64,000 bases of DNA, from the IMG/VR virus record IMGVR_UViG_2898902220_000006, positions 1-64,000 of that record, one strand, 5' to 3'. The notes below the pieces were generated by a model that did no database searches, was not told the DNA's origin, and was given only the letters and a program-made list of their open reading frames with translations. The stretch is from a virus. Its lineage: Duplodnaviria; Caudoviricetes. Made by a program: the position numbers and the translations under genes. Below are positions 20,588 to 29,514 of this stretch, in pieces. Numbering within the stretch: position 1 is the first letter of the stretch; each line of letters starts with the position of its first letter.

Positions 20588-20983
20588 ATGGAAACTTTTT
20601 ATAAACTTCTGGTAGCAATCGGGGGTGGACTTATCTCCTTTTTGTACGGTGAATGGCACTACTTGCTTACCATTTTGATTGCGTTTGTTTTTTTTGATTA
20701 TCTTAGCGGAATGACTGCTGGATGGCTCGAAGGGGAATTAAAAAGCAGAATAGGAATGATTGGTATTGCCCGAAAGATTTTTATTTTCGGTGTGGTTGCG
20801 GCTGCTCATTTAATTGATACGGCACTAGGCAATCAAGATATCATTCGTAATGCATCAATCTTCTTTTATTTGGCTAACGAGCTGCTTTCCATTCTTGAAA
20901 ATGCTGGTAGGATCGGTGTTCCTGTACCAGACGTAATTAAACGGGCTGTAGAGGTTTTGAAAGATAAAGGAGAGGGTAAGTAA
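20588..20983 (+). CDS. Holin (toxin secretion/phage lysis family)
   Basis: FDYLSG...KSRIGMIGIARK...NELLSILENAGRIGVPVP. Confidence 0.93.
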   Translation: METFYKLLVAIGGGLISFLYGEWHYLLTILIAFVFFDYLSGMTAGWLEGELKSRIGMIGIARKIFIFGVVAAAHLIDTALGNQDIIRNASIFFYLANELLSILENAGRIGVPVPDVIKRAVEVLKDKGEGK

Positions 20984-21756
20984 TGCAAGCTAAAAATGAA
21001 ACCAACATCAAAGGGATTGACGTATCCCATCATAATAGCCTGATTGATTGGAAGCAGGTTGCCTCAGACGGCGTGAAATACGCTTTTATTAAAGCGACAG
21101 AAGGAACGGGATTTGTTGATAAAAAGTTACGTGAGAACGCCACACAAGCCCATGAAAACGGAATCAAGGTTAGTTATTATCACTTTGCCCATCCTGATAT
21201 GTCCCCACAGGCTCAGGCAAATCATTTTCTTACCACTATACAAGGGTTACCCCTTGATTTTCCAGTGGTGCTAGATATAGAAACAACGAAAGGATTACAA
21301 GCATCACAGATTACAACGTTTTGTTTAGCGTTTCTTACTCACATCAAGGCTCGCACAGATAAGACCCCTATCCTTTATACAGGAGCTTCTTTTGCTAAGA
21401 CTCACTTAGGTAAAGAGCTTGTTGGCTTCCCATTGTGGGTTGCTCATTATAACGTTGACCAGCCGATGAAGAATAACACATGGAACCGTTGGGCTGTATT
21501 TCAATACACGGACAGTGGGAAGGTACGCGGCATCAATGGAAACGTAGACATGAACTGGATGGAAAAAGAATTTTGGGATATACACATGAAGGAGGAAACA
21601 ACTGTGGATAAAATGTTAGCAAATGAGCTTATTTTGGTTTTGAAAACACAATGGAAAGTTAGTGACGCAATGGGAATGAAGGAGCAAGCGAAATACCTTG
21701 GTGAACTTGCCGATCGGGTACGTGTTGCTAGTGGACAGGAGCCACAGAATAAATAG
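20983..21756 (+). CDS. Endolysin, glycoside hydrolase family 25
   Basis: GIDVSHHN, FIKATEG, YHF, VLDIE, LWVAHY, FQYTDSG...VDMN. Confidence 0.95.
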   Translation: MQAKNETNIKGIDVSHHNSLIDWKQVASDGVKYAFIKATEGTGFVDKKLRENATQAHENGIKVSYYHFAHPDMSPQAQANHFLTTIQGLPLDFPVVLDIETTKGLQASQITTFCLAFLTHIKARTDKTPILYTGASFAKTHLGKELVGFPLWVAHYNVDQPMKNNTWNRWAVFQYTDSGKVRGINGNVDMNWMEKEFWDIHMKEETTVDKMLANELILVLKTQWKVSDAMGMKEQAKYLGELADRVRVASGQEPQNK

Positions 21757-21775
21757 TTAACGCTTTAAGGGAACA

Positions 21776-21812
21776 AGAAAACGTCCGAGGGAGATTCGGA
21801 CGTTTCTCTTTG
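21776..21812. terminator. Bidirectional terminator between lysin and convergent lipoprotein gene
   Basis: AAACGTCCGA...TCGGACGTTT with A and T tracts. Confidence 0.75.
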
Positions 21813-21824
21813 CATAATGATGCC

Positions 21825-22445
21825 TCAATCTAGATCAGTTATATCTTCAATAAGGTAATGATCCTTATCTTTGACAAGATTGAATTGTACCTTTACTATA
21901 ATTTGTTGTTTATTTTTGAAATTAGAGGAATCGTATCCAATACCTGTTATCAGAACGCTTGTATTTGTTTCACTTTTCTTTTGGAGGTCTACTTTTAGGT
22001 CTTCCAAAATCCCTTGTAAGCTTGTTGTGAATCGTTCTGTCTCAATGCACTCATAAGTGCCATCATCTTTCTTTTTAAAATAAAAAGCAAAGATTTCTTC
22101 TGCTTTAGTAGGAGTAAAATATTTTGTTAATGTTGAAACAATGACATCTTTCGAATTGCCATCAATGAACTGCTTTGATCTTGTTAACCATAAAAATTCG
22201 CTTGTCCATGTTTGCAATTTTTCAAACCAAATCCACTTAGGTATATCTCCTTTACTGGTAAGGACTTCATCACTCAGTACCTCAGGAGCAGATTTTTCTA
22301 CAAGAGATGCTATGAGAGTTATGTTTTCTTTTGTTAGTAAATCATTCCGTATACTACTTGTAGTTTCAACTTTACTTGGAGAACACGCTGAAATTGAAGT
22401 GGTAGCAATTATGGAAATCAGTAAGAAAAGAAAAACTTTTTTCAT
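21825..22445 (-). CDS. Lipoprotein of unknown function
   Basis: MKKVFLFLLISIIATTSISAC signal with lipobox Cys; RBS GGAGGG. Confidence 0.8.
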   Translation of the reverse strand: MKKVFLFLLISIIATTSISACSPSKVETTSSIRNDLLTKENITLIASLVEKSAPEVLSDEVLTSKGDIPKWIWFEKLQTWTSEFLWLTRSKQFIDGNSKDVIVSTLTKYFTPTKAEEIFAFYFKKKDDGTYECIETERFTTSLQGILEDLKVDLQKKSETNTSVLITGIGYDSSNFKNKQQIIVKVQFNLVKDKDHYLIEDITDLD

Positions 22446-22531
22446 CACCAAACCCTCCATTCTGTATTCAATTTTTTATTTTAAAAGCAAGAACCCCCTT
22501 ATTATAAAGGGGGCACAAGGCATTTGTCAAT

Positions 22532-23182
22532 TTATTCCAAAGGTATTCCTAATTCAGTACGTTGCTCAGGTGTCATTGCACGAATTTCTTCAAGGCTATA
22601 AAAAATGGAGTCTTCATTCGTTAGCTCTGGAGGTAGCATGTCTGTCTCAATACTATCTATATCGAATTCTTGTATCTTTGTAGTAAAGGTTTTAATCTTA
22701 GGGAAATATGGCAATGGATCAAAAGGTACGTTTCCAAAATCATATTTTGTACCATTTCTTGTTTCAAAGTGTAAGTGAACACCATCGGCGCCACCTGTTT
22801 CTCCCATTTCCCCGATCTGTTCTCCTTCAGAAACTTTCTCATCATCCGAAACCAAGGGTTCTTTATTTAGATGAGCATACCAAGTTTGCACATTTTTTTT
22901 ATCGACAGTATGGTTAATTACCACCAAATAACCATAACTACTCTTTTTACCTTTCTTGCTTTCATGGTATCCAGAAAAAGCAACTTTACCACCAAAAGCT
23001 GAAACTATAGAATCTCCAGCCTTCCCTGCTTTCTTAGCTCCAATATCTAGTCCCTTATGACCATTTCCGTACTTTTGTGTCACTCTAGTAGAGTCGGGAA
23101 CAGGCCATGTTGCGGCTAATGCTGTAGTGGATGAGGTTAGAATTGCTATTGCAGTCAGTAGTGCGAATCCTTTTTTCATCAT
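22532..23182 (-). CDS. Secreted M23-family metallopeptidase
   Basis: Sec signal ending ALA; HKGLDIG, YAHL, HLHFE zinc motifs. Confidence 0.9.
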   Translation of the reverse strand: MMKKGFALLTAIAILTSSTTALAATWPVPDSTRVTQKYGNGHKGLDIGAKKAGKAGDSIVSAFGGKVAFSGYHESKKGKKSSYGYLVVINHTVDKKNVQTWYAHLNKEPLVSDDEKVSEGEQIGEMGETGGADGVHLHFETRNGTKYDFGNVPFDPLPYFPKIKTFTTKIQEFDIDSIETDMLPPELTNEDSIFYSLEEIRAMTPEQRTELGIPLE

Positions 23183-23272
23183 TTATCACCTTTCTACTTT
23201 TCGATATAGAATTGCTCAAACAATTCTTTTGAAAATTAATTAAATATTTACATTGTATCCTTATGAAAATGA

Positions 23273-23293
23273 TGTAAATATTTACAATTGTAA
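23273..23293. promoter_or_regulatory. Overlapping palindromes upstream of M23 gene (TGTAAATATTTACA; TTACAATTGTAA)
   Basis: Perfect 14-bp and 12-bp palindromes; TAAATATTTACA also at 23241-23252. Confidence 0.4.
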
Positions 23294-23554
23294 GGTTAGT
23301 TCATCGCTTTTTTTCTAGCAAAATCTTTTTAGCTTTATCTTTAAGATCAAGTCGGCGTTCAGACCATTCTTGTTTTAATTCTTGTTTTCGTAATATTTCC
23401 TCTGGCTCTATCAATTTCAATTTCTTGATAAGAGTCACCCCATACCAACATAATGGACATTCTAATTGTCTTAAAGGAATAGCTGAAACACGGCTGTTTT
23501 CTTTTCAAAAGGTTTATTCCGTACAGCTTATTCTCATATCCGACAACTACTTTT

Positions 23555-23731
23555 CTAATAAAAAAAATTTTTTCCCTTTAAACGCAAGGGCATGATAAAC
23601 TTGAATGGAGCATTTTTTAAATGCTTGGAGTGTCGGGGTGTTCCTAAGCTTTCGTCGGGCCTATGGGAACATCCCGTTTTTATTTCCCTCTTAACTTCCT
23701 TCTCTGGACATTTATTGTCCCATACTAGCAT
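23555..23731 (-). CDS. 58-aa hypothetical protein (not in ORF track)
   Basis: Strong RBS AGAAAGGAG; MLVWDNKCPEKEVKREIKTG...KNFFY. Confidence 0.45.
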   Translation of the reverse strand: MLVWDNKCPEKEVKREIKTGCSHRPDESLGTPRHSKHLKNAPFKFIMPLRLKGKNFFY

Positions 23732-23850
23732 GTGCCAACTCCTTTCTATGAGTATTCCTTATTTGCTACCCTCCCTTCTCTGGCAACCACAAAAATGATA
23801 AAAATAACGTATTTTTCTATATTTTTCATGTGTTGCCATTTGTTGACTTA

Positions 23851-23880
23851 ATTATATATCAGTAGGAACAAATTTTCCTA
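23851..23880 (-). promoter_or_regulatory. Leftward promoter (-10 TATAAT) with LexA/DinR-like box GAAC-AAAT-TTTC
   Basis: TATAAT on minus at 23851-23856; TAGGAA-N6-TTCCTA inverted repeat at 23863-23880; one mismatch to GAAC-N4-GTTC. Confidence 0.4.
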
Positions 23881-24118
23881 ATAGAAATTTGTGTTAATTA
23901 ATTAAGTCTTTTTGTTTGATTCTCTTATTTTCTCTTAAAAATTAAATCTGGTAATTTTAGTGAAACTATTATCGTGATAAATAATAAGATGCATCGTGTC
24001 CAGAAGGACAAGTCTGGAATCATGTTAATCGAATAAAAGGATAAAAATAGTAGAACTACTGTTAATAAAGTGTTTTTTATAGTGATCATAAAGTAGATTC
24101 TCCTCCTAATTCATTCCA

Positions 24119-24144
24119 AAAAAAAAGAGAGGATGCCCTCTCTA
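24119..24144 (-). terminator. Terminator after peptide gene
   Basis: AGAGAGGGCATCCTCTCTTTTTTTT on minus strand. Confidence 0.75.
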
Positions 24145-24145
24145 A

Positions 24146-24268
24146 TTACCAACCTTCACCTACGCTTTTTGAAGAAGCTGTTGTTTCCAATTCCTTAACC
24201 TCAAAATTCGTTTCTGTAAAGCCGTACAAGGAAAGAATCGCTAGTAAGAAAATTATTCCTCGCTTCAT
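24146..24268 (-). CDS. 40-aa secreted propeptide, RRNPP-type signalling peptide candidate (not in ORF track)
   Basis: RBS AGAAAGGGACGGTG; MKRGIIFLLAILSLYGFTETNFEVKELETTASSKSVGEGW; own terminator. Confidence 0.8.
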   Translation of the reverse strand: MKRGIIFLLAILSLYGFTETNFEVKELETTASSKSVGEGW

Positions 24269-25550
24269 GTAAATCACCGTCCCTTTCTGTCATGACATCG
24301 ACAAATTTGTCTTTTTGTTCTGGTGTTGCAAGATAATCATATTCATAATACTTCAAAATAATGCTACGGACTCTTTCTACATTTTTAAACATGATAGCTA
24401 GGTCTAGAGCTTCAAAGATGTATTCAAACCCTTTATTGCTATCCTCAATTATAAAATAATATGAGGCTAATGCTTGATAAAGTTTTAGCTTATGTCTTTT
24501 GGTAGGAATGCTTGTTTGACAAGCAATTTTTTTGATTTGTTCTTCAAAGGTACAGATCAGTTTTTGAATGCTTTCTATATCTTTATTCTGTAAATATGTT
24601 TCAACAGCAACTGGCAATAACATAAATATTTCAACATCAGTAGCTAAACTAGCAAAGTTGTCAATGTATTCGACATGGCCCATTTCTATTGAAAATAATA
24701 ATTCGTTTAATTTTGAAATTTGCTGATAGCCTTCATAGTTAGCATATTCTTTAGTTATAAGCAATGCTTTATTATAATCTTTCATTTCTCGATAACTAAA
24801 GGATTCATATAGTAAGGCTTCCGCTATGAATTTGTTATCGTTTAATGTGATAGCCAATTCCTTCAATTCTGCTGCATACTTTAATAATTCCCCCCATTTT
24901 TCTACGGCATTATAAAAAGTTAATATTTTATAATACGCTTCTAGTTTATATTCTTCTGGAAGTATAGGAAAGTATTCTAAAAATTGGTAAAGAGTTTGAT
25001 ACCCAGAGACAGTAAGGTCTATATCTCTAGCTATTACAAATCGTTTAAAATAAGAAATGGCTGCTCGTTCATTACGAGTTGTACTGTTCGCGGTCACGAT
25101 ATCATACAAGGGCAGACTGTAGTTTCTTTGATCGGATGAAAAAATATGCTCTGCCATCTTAAAGGTGTTATCAAGAAGCCTTCTTCTATCTGTATCATCT
25201 TTGATCAATTCTATGATCCTCTTTGTAATGTCATATCGTTCTACGTTGATACAACTTGTGAAAAAATCAGCAGTTTTAACAGGTGACAATTTTCCTGATT
25301 CGTTAAAGCATTCCCCAATAAAATACTCATAGAAGGTGTCTTTCGGTAATCCTAAAGCTTCTGTAATAGCGTCTAATTGAGGTAATGTCAATCCCCGTTT
25401 GTTGTTCATTATTTGACTCAAAGTAACTGAATCAATTCCGGTGGCGAGAATCAAATCTTTTTGTTTCCATTCTTTTTTATCAAGTGCATCTTGCAAATGC
25501 TGACGTAGTTCTATTTGTGCCTCTTGATAACTGTATTCCAAAGCTTGCAT
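24201..25550 (-). CDS. XRE-HTH plus TPR-like regulator (RRNPP-like receptor)
   Basis: N-terminal HTH (KQKDLILATGIDSVTLSQIMNNKR); helical TPR-like C-terminus (ALLYESFSY...YNKAL; LASYY...KGFEYIFEALDLA). Confidence 0.8.
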   Translation of the reverse strand: MQALEYSYQEAQIELRQHLQDALDKKEWKQKDLILATGIDSVTLSQIMNNKRGLTLPQLDAITEALGLPKDTFYEYFIGECFNESGKLSPVKTADFFTSCINVERYDITKRIIELIKDDTDRRRLLDNTFKMAEHIFSSDQRNYSLPLYDIVTANSTTRNERAAISYFKRFVIARDIDLTVSGYQTLYQFLEYFPILPEEYKLEAYYKILTFYNAVEKWGELLKYAAELKELAITLNDNKFIAEALLYESFSYREMKDYNKALLITKEYANYEGYQQISKLNELLFSIEMGHVEYIDNFASLATDVEIFMLLPVAVETYLQNKDIESIQKLICTFEEQIKKIACQTSIPTKRHKLKLYQALASYYFIIEDSNKGFEYIFEALDLAIMFKNVERVRSIILKYYEYDYLATPEQKDKFVDVMTERDGDLHEARNNFLTSDSFLVRLYRNEF

Positions 25551-25730
25551 TTACCTATCCCCCTTATTGGTCTTGGAAATATAAGGAAAAACGTAACTTC
25601 CCATATGATACTGTAATTAGATAATATTGTAAACTATAATGAAAGGAAATAAATGATTTTTTTAGAAATATTAAGTACCTATAGGTTCTCAAATATTGTA
25701 GGAGAGAGTAGAAAATCTACTCATCAATGC

Positions 25731-25973
25731 CTATTGTTCCCGTTCCCATTCGTAGAGGTCTTCCATGCGGAAGTTTGGCATGTACGCCTGAATGATGCAA
25801 GTAATGGTATACATAGCTTCTGGAGACATCGGTTTTGTATTGGTAGCATAATGCGATATCATTCTGGCTGAATAACCTGTTCGCCTCGCTAACTCAGCTT
25901 GTTTCATACCAATAAAGTTCAGGACGGGCTGTAATAGGCATTTCCCACGTAGGTAAGATACCATTACATTCAT
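25731..25973 (-). CDS. Small XRE-family HTH regulator
   Basis: GKCLL...MKQAELARRTGYSARMISHY...EDLYEW. Confidence 0.85.
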   Translation of the reverse strand: MNVMVSYLRGKCLLQPVLNFIGMKQAELARRTGYSARMISHYATNTKPMSPEAMYTITCIIQAYMPNFRMEDLYEWEREQ

Positions 25974-26026
25974 TCCCTATAGGTTAATATTTGATTTATC
26001 AGAGGCAAAATTATTTCCTAAAACCA

Positions 26027-26056
26027 GAACATACATTCCCGTTTTTATGTTATAAT
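26027..26056 (+). promoter_or_regulatory. Extended -10 promoter (TGtTATAAT) with LexA/DinR-like box GAAC-ATAC-ATTC over the -35 region
   Basis: TG at 26048, TATAAT at 26051-26056; box has one mismatch to GAAC-N4-GTTC. Confidence 0.55.
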
Positions 26057-26119
26057 AGTTTTAACAACATTTAACAACTATGAAGAGAATTTAAAAGTAA
26101 TAGGATGGGGGATTGATCA

Positions 26120-26299
26120 ATGGTACGTGATCGCGTAATTGTAGATATAGACAAATTAGCAAATGTAATAAAGATCAATTTACGAAATGTAATAGATGTT
26201 ACACCTAATATTATTCGTAATCGCGTTCAACACGAAGAAAGGCAATTAACTTTTTCCATTCCTTCTCGGTCAACTCCCGACCATCCACAACTACTTTGA
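26120..26299 (+). CDS. 59-aa ORF convergent with and overlapping the repressor 3' end (not in ORF track)
   Basis: RBS AGGATGGGGG; MVRDRVIVDIDKLANVIKINLRNV... Confidence 0.45.
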   Translation: MVRDRVIVDIDKLANVIKINLRNVIDVTPNIIRNRVQHEERQLTFSIPSRSTPDHPQLL

Positions 26300-26642
26300 A
26301 CTGTTTTCTTAATTCTTCATCGGATAGATCAATATTTTTTAGAAACTCTTTTTCGTTTTTATACGAATCAGGGTTTTCTTTTTTTTGCAGTTTTTCATCA
26401 TCAGAAGGAGCGTAGTCATATAAGTTAACATCAGTTTTACATAATAAATAATCTGTAGTGACATTAAACAACTCAGCTAGTTTTGCTACAACTTCACTAG
26501 GAACATTGGTAATTTTTTCACGTTCATAATTTGAGATATTAGCTCTATTCATATTGAGAAGTTTTGCTAGGTCATCTTGTGAAAATCCTCTTTTTTTTCT
26601 TAACTCGGCAAGTCTTTTTCCGAATGTCATACTGGAATTCAT
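26211..26642 (-). CDS. Prophage A immunity repressor, XRE family
   Basis: FGKRLAELRKKRGFSQDDLA...ISNYERE...FNVTTDYLL; no S24 peptidase domain. Confidence 0.9.
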   Translation of the reverse strand: MNSSMTFGKRLAELRKKRGFSQDDLAKLLNMNRANISNYEREKITNVPSEVVAKLAELFNVTTDYLLCKTDVNLYDYAPSDDEKLQKKENPDSYKNEKEFLKNIDLSDEELRKQFKVVVDGRELTEKEWKKLIAFLRVERDYE

Positions 26643-26669
26643 CTCCTATATTACGATGAGTAATTTTTA

Positions 26670-27035
26670 ATTTCGAAATTCACACTTGCGCAATTTTGAA
26701 TTACATGTTATCTTAATCTACGAAAGGAGGTGAACCCATGAAAGGTTCAACAAAGAAGCCTGTTAGAAAACCTCGATTACGTTTTAAAGAATTGAGAGAA
26801 TCTAAAGGCACTCAGTTAAAGGTTGCGCAAGATATGGGAGTTACTGAGACAACTGTGAGATATTTAGAGAATGGTTACATTAATCCTAGTGTAACTACGT
26901 TATTTGGTTTTGCTCATTACTTTGGAACAGATGTTTATGATCTTTGGCCTGACTTAGCATTTCAAGGTGTAGAAGTTTAAGAAAGATAATTGTTCTGTTG
27001 AGATTAGTATATTACGTAATTCATAATTACGCAAC
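26670..27035. promoter_or_regulatory. Operator-like palindromes ATTNCGNAAT
   Basis: ATTTCGAAAT at 26670, CTTGCGCAAT at 26685, ATTACGTAAT at 27011, ATTACGCAAC at 27026; weaker copies at 26130 and 26179. Confidence 0.55.
26738..26980 (+). CDS. Cro-like XRE regulator
   Basis: Divergent from repressor; TQLKVAQDMGVTETTVRYLENG. Confidence 0.88.
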   Translation: MKGSTKKPVRKPRLRFKELRESKGTQLKVAQDMGVTETTVRYLENGYINPSVTTLFGFAHYFGTDVYDLWPDLAFQGVEV

Positions 27036-27174
27036 TGGCATTTTACAATTTGTGCAAATGTTTCTTTGTTATGCCCATAGAGTAATTAATAATTACTTTC
27101 GTAGAGGAATTACAAATTACTATTGCCATCCAATCATCAATTCATACTTAAAAATAAAAGCGAGGAGATTTCAA

Positions 27175-27888
27175 ATGAAACAACTACAGGTGATTAATCA
27201 AAATGGACAACTATTAGCGGACAGCCGAGAAGTGGCTGAAATGGTAGGGAAACGGCACGATCATTTGATTAGAGATATTGAGGGGTATGTAGCTGTTTTG
27301 GATCAAAACCCAAATTTGGGGACTGACCATTTTTTCTTTGAAAGTAGCTACACATCTGGAACAGGGAAACGATACAAATGCTATCTACTAACCCGCAAAG
27401 GTTGCGACATGGTAGCTAATAAAATGACTGGCGAAAAAGGTGTTCTATTTACTGCCGAGTATGTTACTCGATTCGAAGAAATGGAAAAACAGCTAAGTGG
27501 CAACAACTTTACTGGATTGAGTAAGGAGTTACAAGCAATCTTCTTTCTGGATAAAAAAACGCAGGAGATTGAAAGTCGTGTAACACATTTAGAACAAACG
27601 TCAACGATTGATTACGGGCAACAACTAGAGATTAGTAATTCATGCAGAAGTCGAGTTATGCACATTACTAGCGGTCGCGAGAGCAATGCATATAAAGATA
27701 TAAACCTACGTTCTAAAGTTTTCAAAGCTATATGGAGAGATTACAAGAATTATTTCAAGGTTGATTCTTACCGCAATACTTCTCCATTGGATTATCAAAA
27801 GGCCCGTGAATATATTCAGACATGGAAACCGGATGGGAAGCTGTTACGCGAGATTGACGAAGCTAACAACCAATTAAGTTTTGTATAG
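27175..27888 (+). CDS. Rha-family regulator / antirepressor with ORF6C-like C-terminus
   Basis: ATG 27175 after GAGGAG; DSREVAEMVGKRHDHLIRDI, YLLTRKGCDMVANKMTGEKG. Confidence 0.9.
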   Translation: MKQLQVINQNGQLLADSREVAEMVGKRHDHLIRDIEGYVAVLDQNPNLGTDHFFFESSYTSGTGKRYKCYLLTRKGCDMVANKMTGEKGVLFTAEYVTRFEEMEKQLSGNNFTGLSKELQAIFFLDKKTQEIESRVTHLEQTSTIDYGQQLEISNSCRSRVMHITSGRESNAYKDINLRSKVFKAIWRDYKNYFKVDSYRNTSPLDYQKAREYIQTWKPDGKLLREIDEANNQLSFV

Positions 27889-27995
27889 GAAGGAGAAAAG
27901 TAAATTGACACTTTTAAAATTGGCTGAGATTTGGGGAAAGAAGCCTTTGCAACAGGCTATCATTCTACGAAACGCACAACGAGAGGAGAAAAACC

Positions 27996-29513
27996 GTGGA
28001 AATTAAGTTTATATCTATTAAACTGCACAATTTTAAAAGTCACCGTGATCTTGTCGTAGAGTTTGGCGACCTTACCAAGATCACAGGTGACAACGCAAGA
28101 GGGAAATCTAGTATTTTAGAATCCATCTCATGGACATTGTACGGTACAGATACGTTAGGTAGCAAGACCGATCCAACACCTACCAATTATGAATACGACC
28201 ATATATACACAGAATTTTTACTATCTGTTGATAACAAGCAGATTTTACTTGGTCGCTCGATTGAAAAAGGCAAGAGCAAACTGTATGTAAATGAAGTCCC
28301 GACAAAATCCACAGAGTTTGACGAACTGGTCAAGTCTCTATTTGATAAAGATTTATTCTTAGCTCTATTTAATCCGGTCTACTTCTCTTCTCTACATTGG
28401 GAGAAACAGCGTAGTATGTTGCTTCAATACGTTACACCACCACTAAACAAAGAAGTATTTGCACAACTACCAGAAACACAAGCAAAAAAGCTGTCTGAGC
28501 AATTGAAAAAACACACATTATCAGATTTAGAAAAGATTCATCGGGACAATAAAAACAAGATGGACAAGGCTCTTATAGCGGAAGCAAGTCGTACTAGAAC
28601 TTTGCAAAATCAACTCAAACATGTATCTCAACTTGATATCAATGTGGAAGAAACGAAATCAGAAATTGAAAAGCTCACAAATCAGATCAAAGAGATAGAA
28701 GCTACCACGTTTTCAGCAAGTGAAAACAATCAACGATACAGTTCTTTACATGCTCAAATCCAGTCCCTACAAGAACAAGTTAGTTCCTCAGCTTCAAAGT
28801 GGCCCTCATTACGTGACGAGGCTATTGAGGACACATGCAGAACATGCAAGCGGCTATTAGATGCGGATTCAATTGAAGTAGTAAAGACAGACAAAGCAGA
28901 GCGAGAAGAACAGTACAAAGTTAATCACAAGTTGTTGGTGACAAAAAGAAACGAACTTCAATCTCAACTTGGGCATTTTGAATTTATTGATGTGTCGGAA
29001 CAACTCGAAAAAATTCGGGAGCTAGAAAAAAAACAAAAATCATTACTTGCTAACATTGCGGTACAAGATCAAAGAGAACTGCTACTAGACCAGATTAAAC
29101 AGGCTGAGAGTGCGGAAATTGAAACTCGTGAAAGTCGAAATGAATCCATCCTAGTGTTGGATGCAATCAAGGCCTATGAAGCTAAAGCCGCAGAGTTACA
29201 AGCAATGAAAGTGCAAGACCTATTTACTACCCTATCCGTTCGCTTGTTTAAACAGAACAAAGGTGACGGTGAATATAAACCAGATTTTGAAATTGAAATG
29301 GACGATAAACCATATCGAAAGCTTTCCCTCTCTGAAACCATCCGAGCAGGTTTGGAATTGCGAGACGTTTTGAGTAAACAGTCAGGAATTATTGCCCCTT
29401 GCTTTGTGGATAATTCAGAATCTATCACTCGCTTTACTAGACCTTTAGGACAGTTAATTACATCCAGAGTGGTAGCAGATCAAGAATTGATAATCGAGAC
29501 GGAGGGCAAATAA
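27996..29513 (+). CDS. SMC/Rad50-like AAA ATPase
   Basis: Walker A GDNARGKSS, coiled coil with CRTC hook, LSLSE signature, FVDNSES. Confidence 0.9.
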   Translation: MEIKFISIKLHNFKSHRDLVVEFGDLTKITGDNARGKSSILESISWTLYGTDTLGSKTDPTPTNYEYDHIYTEFLLSVDNKQILLGRSIEKGKSKLYVNEVPTKSTEFDELVKSLFDKDLFLALFNPVYFSSLHWEKQRSMLLQYVTPPLNKEVFAQLPETQAKKLSEQLKKHTLSDLEKIHRDNKNKMDKALIAEASRTRTLQNQLKHVSQLDINVEETKSEIEKLTNQIKEIEATTFSASENNQRYSSLHAQIQSLQEQVSSSASKWPSLRDEAIEDTCRTCKRLLDADSIEVVKTDKAEREEQYKVNHKLLVTKRNELQSQLGHFEFIDVSEQLEKIRELEKKQKSLLANIAVQDQRELLLDQIKQAESAEIETRESRNESILVLDAIKAYEAKAAELQAMKVQDLFTTLSVRLFKQNKGDGEYKPDFEIEMDDKPYRKLSLSETIRAGLELRDVLSKQSGIIAPCFVDNSESITRFTRPLGQLITSRVVADQELIIETEGK

Positions 29514-29514
29514 A

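Noticed and set aside
22141-22683. Plus-strand 180-aa ORF
   Set aside because: Antisense to the lipoprotein and M23 genes, which have signal peptides and motifs
23592-23798. Plus-strand 68-aa ORF
   Set aside because: No RBS; the opposite-strand ORF 23555-23731 has a strong one
24201-25550. Calling the receptor aimR, rap or plcR
   Set aside because: The architecture fits, but I see no recognisable sequence match, so no gene symbol was given
26998-27174. N-terminal 59 aa of the Rha ORF
   Set aside because: TTG start without RBS over operator-like DNA; the real start is 27175
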